DNA of 64,000 nt from Bacteroidia bacterium (GTDB taxonomy: Bacteria > Bacteroidota > Bacteroidia > NS11-12g > UBA9320): assembly GCA_965216465.1 (NCBI GenBank), contig CBDCFW010000006.1:352001-416000 (forward strand), in the 5' to 3' direction. Shown piece after piece: positions 47,288-57,993 of this stretch. The translations under genes were made by a program, and so were the position numbers. The notes below the pieces were generated by a model, which searched no databases, had not been told where the DNA came from, and saw nothing but the letters and a program-made list of their open reading frames with translations. How positions within the stretch are numbered: position 1 is the first letter of the stretch; each line of letters opens with the position of its first letter.

Positions 47288-49435
47288 ATGTCAGATAAAT
47301 ACAATAAAGAAGAACAAAGCGTACTGCAGAAAATACAGAATCAAACAGGATGTCTGTTGTTGATCATTGGTATAGCCATGTTAGCGTTCGTACTTACCGA
47401 CTTAGTAGGTTCAGGAGCAAGCATTTTTGGGTCCAACAAAAACGTAGTTGGAAAAATTGCTGGCCAAGACGTGACTTACGAAGAGTTCACCGAACAATAC
47501 GAAACTTTCAAAGCAGCGGTTCTTCAAAACAACCCTGGAATTGCCTTCAATGAAGTTGTCGCTAAACAATACAGACAACAAGCTTGGGATTTCTTAGTAG
47601 ACGAAAAAGTTCAAAACAAAGAATACGAAGAGTTAGGAATCGATGTTAGTCCAGCCGAAATGGAAGACATTACCATCGGAGACAACACACACCAACAAAT
47701 CAAGCAATCATTTCAAGATCCTGAGACAGGAGAGTTTGATAAAACAAGACTTGAGCGTTTCTTAAAAGATGACATCAACAACAACTCTGATGCAAGAGCA
47801 AGTTGGGTTGAATTCCAAAAGCAGTTCACCAAGCAAATTATTGCTTCAAAATATACGGCTTTAACGCAAAGTTCTCTTTACGTAACAGACCTTGAAGCTC
47901 GTAATAAAATTAAGGCTGATCAACTAACAATCAATGCGACTGTGGTAAATGTACCTTACAACAGTATTGCTGACTCAACGATTTCTGTTAGCGATAGCGA
48001 AATTGAAGCTTACATTAAAGAGCACAAATCTGACTTCGAGCAAGAAGAGAGCAGAGATATTGAATTCATCGCACTAAGAGTTATTCCTTCTGCAGACGAT
48101 TCAATGAACATGCTAAACTGGGCTCAGCAAAGCATTGAGAGACTTCAAAATGCTTCTAACGATTCAGTATTTGTTGCTAACTCAAACAGTGAAAGTCCAT
48201 ATGACCCAACCTATAGAGCGAGAGGAACTTTTTCTCCTGAAGTTGAAGAAAGACTATTTGAAGCAGAAGTAGGAACTGTAATTGGACCATTTGAAAAGAA
48301 CGGTGTTTATAGTGTATTTAAAGTTTCAGGAATTGGCGAAGATTCTCTAAGATCTGTAAGAGGAAGTCATATTGTATTCAGAGTAAACGGAACTACTGAT
48401 GAAGATACAGCTAACGCGATGACTGAAGCTCGCGAGGTTCTTTCTAAAATCAGAAGTGGACAAACAACTTTCGAGGCTGAAGCAAGCAATAGAAACTTTG
48501 ATGCTACAAGAACTCAAGGTGGTGACATGGGCTGGGTACGTGAAGGCAACTACACCTATCCTAAAAAGGTTATCGATCGTTTAATGACTTCAGGCAAAGA
48601 CAATCTGGTTATCATTAAATCAAACAGAGGTATCCATATCGCTAAAGCAACTAGCAATGTGAGCAGAAAAACTGTACAGGTTGCATTATTAGATCAAACT
48701 ATTTATGCAAGCACTGAAACAGACGCTGCTTATAACAGAACAGCAGGTGAATTCCTTGTTAAGCTAGACGGAGATCAATCATTCCAAGAGGTTGCAGAAA
48801 GCATGGGACTTGTTCCAAGAATTGCTCCAGACATTAGCGAAGAACAACGAAATGTAGCAGGTGTTAGCAACGGAAATGTAATTGCACGTTGGTTATATGC
48901 AGACGATACAGAAGAAGGAGACATTTCTCCAATTATGTCAATCGACGATACATATATCGTAGCTAAAGTGACTAAAATTAAAGAAGCAGGAACTCCATCT
49001 GTTGAAGACGCAAGAAAAGAAGTTGAGCCTTTGGTTCGAAATGCGAAGAAGGCAGAAATTATTACCAAGAAGTTTGAAGAAGCTCTTACTGAAGAAAAAG
49101 ATGCTGAAACATTAGCGAAAGAACTTGAAACAGTAGCTTCAATTGTTCCAGCAGCTTCGTTTAATTCAGGAAACCTCCCTTACATCGGCCAAGACCTAAA
49201 AGTAATGGGAACCATCTTTGGAACACCAGTTGGTAAAAGATCTCAAATCATTGAAGGTAAAAATGGTGTTGTTGTTGTTTATGTTAACAACGAAAACGAA
49301 TACGAAAAACAAGACGTAACTATTAAGAAATCAGAAATTGACCAATTCAACTTACAAGCAGTTGGTCAAATGATTAGTGATGCCTTAATGGACAAAGCTG
49401 AAGTTAAAGAACAGCTTTATAAATTCTTTGATTAA
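47288..49435 (+). CDS. ppiD: PpiD-like periplasmic chaperone / parvulin PPIase
   Basis: N-terminal TM IIGIAMLAFVL, SurA-N region, SHI, GGDMGW. Confidence 0.85.
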   Translation: MSDKYNKEEQSVLQKIQNQTGCLLLIIGIAMLAFVLTDLVGSGASIFGSNKNVVGKIAGQDVTYEEFTEQYETFKAAVLQNNPGIAFNEVVAKQYRQQAWDFLVDEKVQNKEYEELGIDVSPAEMEDITIGDNTHQQIKQSFQDPETGEFDKTRLERFLKDDINNNSDARASWVEFQKQFTKQIIASKYTALTQSSLYVTDLEARNKIKADQLTINATVVNVPYNSIADSTISVSDSEIEAYIKEHKSDFEQEESRDIEFIALRVIPSADDSMNMLNWAQQSIERLQNASNDSVFVANSNSESPYDPTYRARGTFSPEVEERLFEAEVGTVIGPFEKNGVYSVFKVSGIGEDSLRSVRGSHIVFRVNGTTDEDTANAMTEAREVLSKIRSGQTTFEAEASNRNFDATRTQGGDMGWVREGNYTYPKKVIDRLMTSGKDNLVIIKSNRGIHIAKATSNVSRKTVQVALLDQTIYASTETDAAYNRTAGEFLVKLDGDQSFQEVAESMGLVPRIAPDISEEQRNVAGVSNGNVIARWLYADDTEEGDISPIMSIDDTYIVAKVTKIKEAGTPSVEDARKEVEPLVRNAKKAEIITKKFEEALTEEKDAETLAKELETVASIVPAASFNSGNLPYIGQDLKVMGTIFGTPVGKRSQIIEGKNGVVVVYVNNENEYEKQDVTIKKSEIDQFNLQAVGQMISDALMDKAEVKEQLYKFFD

Positions 49436-49440
49436 TTCCA

Positions 49441-50217
49441 TTGAATTTAGTACATCATAATATTGCATATTCAAAGGTGGGGAATGGTCCCCACCTTTGT
49501 TTTTTACATGGATTTTGTGAGAACAAATCTGTTTGGGAACCGGTAATTACAGACCTTCAAAAAGATTTTACATGCATATCTATTGACCTCCCAGGCTTTG
49601 GTGACACCCAAGAAGAAATAAAAAGCATAAGCCAAATGGCTGAGGCTGTTATGTCTGTGCTGTCATTGGAGGATGTTAATCAGGTTGTTGTCTTCGGGCA
49701 TTCAATGGGTGGCTATGTTGCACTTGAATTGTTAAGCCAATCTCCTTCTATCTTTAGTGGTATTGGATTGGTTCATTCGACAGCAAAAGCAGACACCGAC
49801 GAGAAGAAGTCTAACCGTATGAAAACCATTGATTTTGTCTCTCAGCATGGCACAAAGGAGTTTTTTGACCTCTTTGCTAAGAACCTAGTCTCTCCTGCTC
49901 ATTTCAGCCGCTTACATGACGAAATTGAAGTTATGATAAAGGGAACTTCTACAAACAGCATTGTTGCCGCCTTACTGGCCATGATAGACCGCAAAGACCA
50001 CGTAGAAACCCTAGCCAATGCAAACATTCCAGCGCTGTTTACCATGGGTGATAAAGATCAGCACTTAAACTTACACGACATCTTTAATCAAGCTTCTCAA
50101 TGCAGGCTAAGTCAGGTTGATGTGATTGAAAATTGTGGGCACCTGTCCATGCTTGAAGACAAAAAAAATTGCCTTAAATCAATAAGGCAATTTTTAAAAT
50201 TTATTTCTGAAGTCTAA
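49441..50217 (+). CDS. alpha/beta hydrolase
   Basis: LHGF, DLPGFG, GHSMGG, GDKD, CGH. Confidence 0.9.
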   Translation: MNLVHHNIAYSKVGNGPHLCFLHGFCENKSVWEPVITDLQKDFTCISIDLPGFGDTQEEIKSISQMAEAVMSVLSLEDVNQVVVFGHSMGGYVALELLSQSPSIFSGIGLVHSTAKADTDEKKSNRMKTIDFVSQHGTKEFFDLFAKNLVSPAHFSRLHDEIEVMIKGTSTNSIVAALLAMIDRKDHVETLANANIPALFTMGDKDQHLNLHDIFNQASQCRLSQVDVIENCGHLSMLEDKKNCLKSIRQFLKFISEV

Positions 50218-50220
50218 TTC

Positions 50221-50490
50221 TTAATGCTTGATCTCAAACCCGTTAAAGTTTTGAGTAAGCTTTGATTTAACCTCAATCTCTTTTACGCGAGCGAGAGCAG
50301 GACCTTGTTTGCACCAATTAACCATATTGTTAACGGCTTCATCCTCCCCTTCTATCGTTAAAGATACGCTGCCGTCAGGTTCATTACGCACATAGCCACA
50401 AATTCCCAAATTCATCGCTTTCTGCTTTGCTGAGACTCTAAAATAGACTCCCTGTACCTTTCCTGTTACACGCACCTCGTGTGTTTTCAT
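50221..50490 (-). CDS. acyP: acylphosphatase
   Basis: GKVQGVYFR, GYVRNEPDGSV, GP.LARV. Confidence 0.95.
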   Translation of the reverse strand: MKTHEVRVTGKVQGVYFRVSAKQKAMNLGICGYVRNEPDGSVSLTIEGEDEAVNNMVNWCKQGPALARVKEIEVKSKLTQNFNGFEIKH

Positions 50491-50496
50491 TTCATT

Positions 50497-50961
50497 TTAT
50501 TTTATACGTTCCCATTCGGAGGTTCTACCCAGCCAAGTCATCCCCATAACATAACCTCTAAGGAATAATTTACTCTTATCGTCACCCTCAAAACGCATGT
50601 AGCCGTCGTACACCTTTCCATTGTTTGGATCGTAAATCGTTCCATCTTCCCAAATTTTCTCAGAAGCATTCCATTCAAAAGACTTCATGATAACCATGCC
50701 CAATCTGTCGCGAGAGCGAAGTTCTTCTTTAGGATTGTTTGGATCTTTCTTTGGATTGCCATTTTCGTCGTTTGGCTCAACCAAATGTTCTATTTTACCG
50801 TAGTACTTTCCATTCTTAGCACGATAAATTCGAATATGTGCTGTTTTCTCCCCGTTCCAGTACGTTCCTCTTACATCATCAGCGACTATTGCACTGGTGT
50901 TTAATGCCTCAGATCCTAAAAAAAGGACCAATGCGGCTAAAATCATTGAAAATTTCCTCAT
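50497..50961 (-). CDS. DUF2147 secreted protein
   Basis: YYGKI, DPNNP, WEDGTIYDPNNGKVY, LRGY..LGRT..W; start moved to MRKFSM. Confidence 0.88.
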   Translation of the reverse strand: MRKFSMILAALVLFLGSEALNTSAIVADDVRGTYWNGEKTAHIRIYRAKNGKYYGKIEHLVEPNDENGNPKKDPNNPKEELRSRDRLGMVIMKSFEWNASEKIWEDGTIYDPNNGKVYDGYMRFEGDDKSKLFLRGYVMGMTWLGRTSEWERIK

Positions 50962-51080
50962 AACATAAACCGTTGTTCTTTTCAATATTACAAAAACAGC
51001 TCCAATTCTAGAAGCAATAATTTGCGTGTTCTTGCGTTTGTGAATTAATTTGGTACATAAATTGTACCTTTGCAACCTAG

Positions 51081-51797
51081 ATGAGAATACTGAAAATTGT
51101 ACTAACACTACTAATCGCTTTTACTTCTTTCACCATTCAAGCCCAAACAGGGACTGAATTATTGATTAAAGCTAATAGAGCCACGCTTGAGCGTCGCTAC
51201 CCAGAAGCTATTAATCTGTATAACCAATACATCAAGCTTAATCCGCAAGATTTTAGAGGTTATTTCAACCGAGGAACTACGCAATACAATGCGGGCCAAT
51301 ACCAAAGTGCAATTCAAAGTTTTGACAAAACCTTGTCACTAAACCCAATTTACAAAGAGGCATATTACTACCGTGGTCAGTGTAACGCACGCTTAAACAA
51401 CCACAATTTGGCTATTAAAGACTACAGCCATGTACTTCAAAATGACTCATTTAGTGTTCCTTTTTTAAAGCTTAGAGCGGAAGCTTACTCCATGAGTAAC
51501 AAAAATCTTTTGGCGTTAAACGACTTGAATGTTGCTATTTCTGTAGACAAACTTTCAGGAGATTTATACAAAAGAAGAGCAGAGCTTAAAATTAAAATGA
51601 ACGATCTAGAAGGTGCAATTCGTGATTACAATGCAGTTGAAAAGTTACTTCCAAAATATAAAATGGTTCACTTCCTAAAAGGAAATCTATACCTTGAAAT
51701 TGAAGAAACTGAGTTTGCTTGCGAAGAGTATGAGCAAGCTCTGGATAACGAAGTTGTAGTCGCTGAGCGAAAGTTCAAAGAGAACTGCAGCAACTAA
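51081..51797 (+). CDS. secreted TPR protein
   Basis: Signal peptide; several YxNRG...AI.DY TPRs. Confidence 0.88.
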   Translation: MRILKIVLTLLIAFTSFTIQAQTGTELLIKANRATLERRYPEAINLYNQYIKLNPQDFRGYFNRGTTQYNAGQYQSAIQSFDKTLSLNPIYKEAYYYRGQCNARLNNHNLAIKDYSHVLQNDSFSVPFLKLRAEAYSMSNKNLLALNDLNVAISVDKLSGDLYKRRAELKIKMNDLEGAIRDYNAVEKLLPKYKMVHFLKGNLYLEIEETEFACEEYEQALDNEVVVAERKFKENCSN

Positions 51798-51956
51798 ACG
51801 TTCTTCAATCATTTGTTCTAGCCAAAGTTGGAACATTAGCGTCATTCTCTTCTCCGTTCGTTAACCCAACTGGAACGAGATATCAATCTGACTTTTTTAT
51901 GCGTTTAACTTATATCGTTACCCTACAAATAAGATTTTAATAAATTTGTAAAGAAT

Positions 51957-52286
51957 ATGTTCGGTTTAAAGTTTTCAAAACTGCCCAATCACAGAAAGTT
52001 TTCCTACACCCCGTTGTATTACAACAAGGAAAAGGAAGACCTAAAATCTCGCGTTGAGACCATCAAACGTGAAATGGGAGAAGCTGAACCTTCTAAGGAA
52101 TCAACACAAGAAAACATTCGTAGTGCATTTGCTGCTCGAAAAACGGTAGATCGGTTTGGATCACACCCGTCTCAGCGTTTCTACGGATTAAAAATATTGG
52201 TAATCGCAAGTATACTCGGCTTAGTTTTCTACAAAGTCTTGAATTCTAATTTAATCGAAATTATCTTCGGACACTTAAATAAGTGA
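51957..52286 (+). CDS. conserved Bacteroidota membrane protein upstream of mutL
   Basis: RKFSYTPLYYN..KE motif and C-terminal TM. Confidence 0.7.
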   Translation: MFGLKFSKLPNHRKFSYTPLYYNKEKEDLKSRVETIKREMGEAEPSKESTQENIRSAFAARKTVDRFGSHPSQRFYGLKILVIASILGLVFYKVLNSNLIEIIFGHLNK

Positions 52287-54058
52287 TGTCCGGAATAATT
52301 CAACTCCTTCCAGAAAGTACAGCTAATCAGATTGCCGCCGGAGAGGTGGTTCAACGTCCTGCTTCTGTAGTAAAAGAACTGCTTGAAAATGCTGTTGACG
52401 CTGGAGCTACATCCATCAAACTTATCATTAAAAATGGGGGTAGTACGCATATTCAAGTTGACGATAATGGCTGCGGAATGAATGCCTTTGATGCTCGCAT
52501 GTGCTGGGAGCGCCACGCAACATCAAAAATTAAAAAAGCTGATGACCTCTACAATCTCCATACATTAGGTTTTCGAGGAGAAGCGTTGGCCAGTATCGCA
52601 TCAGTGTCTGATGTTGAAATGAAGACTAAATCTGCTGACGAACGTGTTGGTAGTAAAATTGAAATTCACACCGGAACGGTTGTAAACCAAGAAAGTGTTG
52701 CTGCAAACCAAGGTACTTCTATCACCATCAAAAATCTGTTTTACAACATTCCGGCTCGTAAAAACTTCTTAAAAAGTATTTCAGTAGAGACCAAGCACAT
52801 CTTCGAAGAGTTTCAAAGAATTGCCCTAGCTTATCCTGGAATCGCCTTTGAATACTTCAATCAAGAAAAATCAGTTGTAAAACTGGTCGCAGGAAATCTC
52901 AAACAACGCATTTCTGCCCTCTTTAATGTTAAACAAGAAGATTTAATTGATGCTTCGGAACAAACCGAAATTGTAGGTATTACAGGATTCATAGGTTCTC
53001 CTAAAATGGCCAAAAGAACAAGAGGTTCGCAATACTTATTTGCCAATGGAAGATTTATTAAAGATGCATACCTCAATCATGCTATCTCTTCAGCTTACGG
53101 GAGCTTAATAGAAGATAAACAACATCCCTTTTACATCCTGTTTTTGGAAGTAGAGCCTGCTAAAATTGATGTAAACATACATCCAACAAAGCACGAGGTT
53201 AAATTTGAAGACGGCCGCCATGTTTACACCTTGCTTCAATCGGTAATTAAAAAAAGCCTAGGGGCGTACTACGTTATGCCTACTGATACCCAGTTATCCA
53301 ATACACTTTCAAGCACACAGAGCTCAAACTTTGTACCCAGTCAATTGAAGACTACCCAGCCTGATGCTCGATTCAATCCATTTGAAAAAAGCAAACCACG
53401 CACCCCAACCAATTGGGAAAAACTGGATGAACTGTTGAACACGCCAGTAGAGCAACCTATACGACAAACTCCTGAACTTATTGAAAGCCCATCACCGGGA
53501 ATTGAAGTCGATAATCTATTTCAAGTTGAAAATGCCTACATCGTAACGAAATTAGAAGGAGAATTGTGTTTGATCAATCAACATAGGGCTCATGCTCAAG
53601 TACTCTATGAGCGCTATAAAACCAACAATGTAATTGCTTCTCAGCAATTATTGTTTCCTAGAACAATTGAGCTTTCTACTGCGGATTACAGCTTGTACCA
53701 TGAAATGCAAGAAGACATCAACGCTCTAGGATTTGATACCAGCGAATTTGGGAAGAATACAATTATCATTAACGGACTTCCGAGTGAATTATCGAAAGAT
53801 GACGGAGCTCAAGTACTTTCACAAATACTAGACGACTTTAAAACCAATTTTCAAGAACTCAGCATTTCGAAAAAAGATGCCTTAAAACAAGCCACGGCAA
53901 AGAATTCTGCCATTAAGGCAGGCAAGGTTTTATCTCAAGTTGAAATGCAAAAACTGGTTTCTGATTTGTTGCACTGCAAGCAACACAGCCATACGGCGTC
54001 TGGTAAGCAAATAATTGTTAAACTAACAAAAAGCAATTTGGAACGTTTTTTTCAGTAA
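52283..54058 (+). CDS. mutL: DNA mismatch repair protein MutL
   Basis: IAAGEVVQRPASVVKELLENAVDAG, GFRGEAL, DVNIHPTK. Confidence 0.97.
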   Translation: MMSGIIQLLPESTANQIAAGEVVQRPASVVKELLENAVDAGATSIKLIIKNGGSTHIQVDDNGCGMNAFDARMCWERHATSKIKKADDLYNLHTLGFRGEALASIASVSDVEMKTKSADERVGSKIEIHTGTVVNQESVAANQGTSITIKNLFYNIPARKNFLKSISVETKHIFEEFQRIALAYPGIAFEYFNQEKSVVKLVAGNLKQRISALFNVKQEDLIDASEQTEIVGITGFIGSPKMAKRTRGSQYLFANGRFIKDAYLNHAISSAYGSLIEDKQHPFYILFLEVEPAKIDVNIHPTKHEVKFEDGRHVYTLLQSVIKKSLGAYYVMPTDTQLSNTLSSTQSSNFVPSQLKTTQPDARFNPFEKSKPRTPTNWEKLDELLNTPVEQPIRQTPELIESPSPGIEVDNLFQVENAYIVTKLEGELCLINQHRAHAQVLYERYKTNNVIASQQLLFPRTIELSTADYSLYHEMQEDINALGFDTSEFGKNTIIINGLPSELSKDDGAQVLSQILDDFKTNFQELSISKKDALKQATAKNSAIKAGKVLSQVEMQKLVSDLLHCKQHSHTASGKQIIVKLTKSNLERFFQ

Positions 54059-54066
54059 GAGAGTAA

Positions 54067-54702
54067 ATGCAATTCAGAAGCAATCAATTTGGAATTCCTG
54101 AGGTAACAAAGAACCTTATAATTATAAATGTTCTATTCTTCATCGGTACTCACTTTTTAGGTTTTAAAGACTTCTTCCTGCGAAATTTTGCACTGTTTCA
54201 TTATAGCAGTCCTTTTTTTCAACCTTGGCAAATAATAACGCACATGTTTATGCATGGAAGCTTTATGCACATCTTCTTTAATATGTTTGGAGTGTGGATG
54301 TTTGGGTCGAGACTGGAACAGATTTGGGGAGCAAAACGATACATCAATTTTTACCTCATTACCGGTGTTGGAGCGGCATTATTACATACCGCTGTTCAAA
54401 CCTATGAGATTTCTCAAGGCCTACAATTAGCTCACATCCCTACGGTAGGGGCTTCTGGAGCTCTATTCGGAATATTGGTGGCCTTTGCTATGTATTGGCC
54501 CAATACAGAATTGTACCTCATGTTCATCCCAATTCCAATAAAAGCTAAGTACTTTGTTCTTGGATATGCTGCATTTGAACTTTTCTCTGGAATAGGAGGA
54601 ATTCAACCAGGGATTGCCCACTTTGCCCATCTTGGAGGAGCTTTATTTGGCTTTCTTTTGGTTCGATATTGGAATAAAAACAACCGAAATACGTTTTATT
54701 AA
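54067..54702 (+). CDS. rhomboid intramembrane serine protease
   Basis: HIFFNM, GASG, AHLGG. Confidence 0.93.
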   Translation: MQFRSNQFGIPEVTKNLIIINVLFFIGTHFLGFKDFFLRNFALFHYSSPFFQPWQIITHMFMHGSFMHIFFNMFGVWMFGSRLEQIWGAKRYINFYLITGVGAALLHTAVQTYEISQGLQLAHIPTVGASGALFGILVAFAMYWPNTELYLMFIPIPIKAKYFVLGYAAFELFSGIGGIQPGIAHFAHLGGALFGFLLVRYWNKNNRNTFY

Positions 54703-54705
54703 ATC

Positions 54706-55557
54706 ATGGGGGTTTGGGATAACATAAAGAGAGAGTTTGCACCTAGCAACTCAGCAATTCGGCAAATCTTAATTATCAATCTTGCCGTATTTATCTTTAT
54801 TATTTTGGTAAGATTCGTTGCTGCTTTAGGTGAATTTGATCCCAATTCATTACTGCAATACTTCTATTTACCTAGTAACCTATCTACCCTCGTAACGCGC
54901 CCTTGGACCATAGTAACTAACATATTCTTTCACCAAGGTTTTGGCCACATATTTTGGAATATGCTCTTGCTTTATTTTTTAGGCAGGATATTGGAAGACT
55001 TTCTTACTTCAAGCCAAGTCTGGAAGATTTTTATGTTTGGAGGTATTGTTGGGGGACTTTTGTACGTTGCAGCCTTTAATATATTCCCAGCATTCGAGGA
55101 AGTGGTTTCGTTTAAAGAATTATTAGGAGCTTCTGGTGGAGTAACCGCCATAATAGTAGCACTAGGAGTTCACCTTCCGTTTTACAACATTAGGCCCTTT
55201 GGTCTCTTCAGCATTCAAATGCGATGGGTTGCCCTATTCTTTGTATTTAGAGATTTATATACCTTCCCCATGAATCCAAACACGGGCGGATTGCTTGCCC
55301 ACTTAGGAGGGGCATTGTTTGGATTGTTCTTCATCTTAAATTTGCAGGGCAGAATAACCCTCCCTAAATTCAACTTTAGTTTAAAACCTAAACACAAAAT
55401 GAAGGTAGATGAGCGTTCATTTAGCAAACCCAAAAGAAGCAGCGACAAGAAGCCAAATCAGGATGAGATTGATGCTATTTTGGACAAGATCTCTCACAGC
55501 GGCTACAATAGCCTAACCGAAAAAGAAAAAGAGATCCTTTTTAAAGCAAGTGAATAG
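54706..55557 (+). CDS. rhomboid protease with C-terminal DUF6576-like tail
   Basis: HIFWNM, GASG, AHLGG; IDAILDKISHSGYNSLT. Confidence 0.92.
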   Translation: MGVWDNIKREFAPSNSAIRQILIINLAVFIFIILVRFVAALGEFDPNSLLQYFYLPSNLSTLVTRPWTIVTNIFFHQGFGHIFWNMLLLYFLGRILEDFLTSSQVWKIFMFGGIVGGLLYVAAFNIFPAFEEVVSFKELLGASGGVTAIIVALGVHLPFYNIRPFGLFSIQMRWVALFFVFRDLYTFPMNPNTGGLLAHLGGALFGLFFILNLQGRITLPKFNFSLKPKHKMKVDERSFSKPKRSSDKKPNQDEIDAILDKISHSGYNSLTEKEKEILFKASE

Positions 55558-56598
55558 GTGAAGTCCTTCTTCAAAAAAATAACTGATATAATTAATGCTC
55601 TAGCCATATTTGGCTTATTGCTATGCTATATCTCACCTTTAATTGACCCCGTTGACTTCTGGCCAATCTCATTCTTTGGTTTGACTTATAAGTTCTGGTT
55701 TGCCCTTAACCTATTCTTACTCATTCTTTGGATCGTTTCAAAACGTAAGCGATGGATTTACAATTTCATTGTCTTGATATTAGGCTATCAGTTTGTTGCT
55801 CGAAATGTACAAATTAACGATGTAGTAAAAACCGATCAAGACATTAAAGTAATGTGCTTCAATAGCAATGTTCAACAGGTCTACAACAACGGTAATACGA
55901 CAGATCAAATCAACGCGAAAATTGCAGAGGAGAACTACGATGTGGTTATTCTCATCGAATGGTTGAATAAGAAAGGTAAAGTTGACAAGAAACTATATCC
56001 GCATCAACAATTTGTAAGGCTTAATGCCAAACACAATCCACATGATTATGGCATCTTGGTTGCATCTAAGTACAAGATTGTAAACTGGGAAAAAATCAAA
56101 TACAATCACCTCTCAAATAACTTATCTGCCTTTTTTGATATAGACATCAATGGTGAAATAGTTCGATTTGTAGGAACCCATCTGCAATCCAACTACCTTT
56201 CTTCGAAAGACTACCACACCATGATGAACGTTGAAACTGACGAAGAATATCGAAAATATGCGTGGGATGTTGTTTCAAAAATCCGAAAGGCAACACATCT
56301 AAGGTCAAGTCAAACCAAGAATGTAGTTGAAGTGGTTGATAACAGTCCCTACCCCGTAATTATTGCGGGAGATTTTAATGATACTCCGCAAAGTTACACC
56401 TACCAATCGCTGAAAGAAGGCCGTAAAGATGCCTTTATTGAGCGTGGAAATGGATGGGGAGCTACCTACCTCAAACCCATTCAACTTCTTCGTATTGACT
56501 ACATACTTTACGATAAAGAGTTAACTTGCACTTCTTACAAAGCTTCTAAAGAGATCAAGTCAGATCATAAAATGCTTGAAGCTAGTTTTAAATTTTAA
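55558..56598 (+). CDS. endonuclease/exonuclease/phosphatase family protein
   Basis: HLQS, GDFND, RIDYI, SDH. Confidence 0.9.
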   Translation: MKSFFKKITDIINALAIFGLLLCYISPLIDPVDFWPISFFGLTYKFWFALNLFLLILWIVSKRKRWIYNFIVLILGYQFVARNVQINDVVKTDQDIKVMCFNSNVQQVYNNGNTTDQINAKIAEENYDVVILIEWLNKKGKVDKKLYPHQQFVRLNAKHNPHDYGILVASKYKIVNWEKIKYNHLSNNLSAFFDIDINGEIVRFVGTHLQSNYLSSKDYHTMMNVETDEEYRKYAWDVVSKIRKATHLRSSQTKNVVEVVDNSPYPVIIAGDFNDTPQSYTYQSLKEGRKDAFIERGNGWGATYLKPIQLLRIDYILYDKELTCTSYKASKEIKSDHKMLEASFKF

Positions 56599-56599
56599 T

Positions 56600-57244
56600 A
56601 TGGAATTTTTAGACAAAGAGCTTTCGGCCTATGCCGAAAATCATACATCACCAGAGTCTGCTCTGCTGGCCAATTTGAACCGCGACACCTATGCAAATGT
56701 GCTAATACCACGTATGCTAAGTGGCCATTTGCAAGGACGTGTTCTTAGCATGTTCTCCAAATTTATTCAGCCACGAAACATTCTTGAAATTGGTACCTAC
56801 ACCGGATATTCAGCTTTGTGCCTTGTAGAGGGATTAAAACCTGAAGGTAAACTGCACACCATAGATATTAATGAAGAATTAGAAACCCGAATTAGACGAT
56901 TCTTCGATCAATCAGCATACAAAGATCAAATTGAACTGCACATCGGTAACGCTCTTGAAATCGTACCGACTATTTCAGACCCTATTGATTTAGTATTTAT
57001 AGATGCCGACAAAGAGAACTACAGCAATTATTATAACCTCATTATAGATAGAATGGACTCTGGAGGAGTGATTATTGCCGATAACGTATTGTGGAGCGGA
57101 AAGGTGATCGACCCTAAGCAATTGGAAAAAGACCTAGAAACTAAAGAGCTAGACCAATTCAATAAAATGATTCAAAATGATGCTCGGGTGGAGAATATAT
57201 TAATGCCAATCCGTGACGGTTTGATGGTTGTACGCAAGAAGTAA
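56600..57244 (+). CDS. O-methyltransferase (caffeoyl-CoA OMT family)
   Basis: LEIGTYTGYS, FIDADK, ADNVLWSG, RDG; start moved to MEFLDK. Confidence 0.92.
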   Translation: MEFLDKELSAYAENHTSPESALLANLNRDTYANVLIPRMLSGHLQGRVLSMFSKFIQPRNILEIGTYTGYSALCLVEGLKPEGKLHTIDINEELETRIRRFFDQSAYKDQIELHIGNALEIVPTISDPIDLVFIDADKENYSNYYNLIIDRMDSGGVIIADNVLWSGKVIDPKQLEKDLETKELDQFNKMIQNDARVENILMPIRDGLMVVRKK

Positions 57245-57993
57245 TGCGAAAACGGCTGAAACAATATCTCTACAAAGTCTTTAGCTCACGCATAAAAACC
57301 TTAACATGGTCGCATTTTTATCATGCAGACCGAGATGCACTTGCAGGTTTCAAACAACTTCATCCTGAAATTAATATTGCTAAGATCACTCCCCTCTGTA
57401 CCCTAATGAATAAAAATGGGTCAGACAAAGGAATAGGCTGGCATAACTACTCACGGTTTTATCATCATGCTTTTCAAAACCTCAAAATTGAAAACCTTTT
57501 TGAGCTAGGAATTGGAAGTACCAATTCAAAATATGGCAACAACATGGGGGCAAAGGGTAAGCCAGGAGCCTCGCTAAAGGCATGGAAGTCTTATCTGCCT
57601 TCGGCAAAAATATTTGGTGCCGATATTGACCCTGATACCGTCTTTTCAGAAGACCGAATTGAGACTTTTGTGTGCGATCAAACAAATATCGAGTCAATTG
57701 CTGCCATGTGGAGCCAACCAAGTGTTCCAAAAAGCTTTGAAGTGATTATCGATGATGGGCTTCATCAGTTTGATGCAAATAAAACATTCTTTGAAGCCAG
57801 TATTCAGAAGCTTTCTCCTGGAGGAATTTACGTTGTTGAAGACATTCAAAATGTCGAACTAGGACTCTGGAAACAGCTCATTGAAAACGACTATGTAAGC
57901 CGCTATCCAAACTTAATTTTTAGACTTTGCAGCCTTCCAAACCTATTTAATGCTCTAGATAATAACCTGCTGGTTATTTATTCAAATCGTTGA
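57244..57993 (+). CDS. class I SAM-dependent methyltransferase
   Basis: GSDK..HNY, ELGIG, GADID, DQT, IIDDGLH, GGIYVVED. Confidence 0.82.
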   Translation: MRKRLKQYLYKVFSSRIKTLTWSHFYHADRDALAGFKQLHPEINIAKITPLCTLMNKNGSDKGIGWHNYSRFYHHAFQNLKIENLFELGIGSTNSKYGNNMGAKGKPGASLKAWKSYLPSAKIFGADIDPDTVFSEDRIETFVCDQTNIESIAAMWSQPSVPKSFEVIIDDGLHQFDANKTFFEASIQKLSPGGIYVVEDIQNVELGLWKQLIENDYVSRYPNLIFRLCSLPNLFNALDNNLLVIYSNR

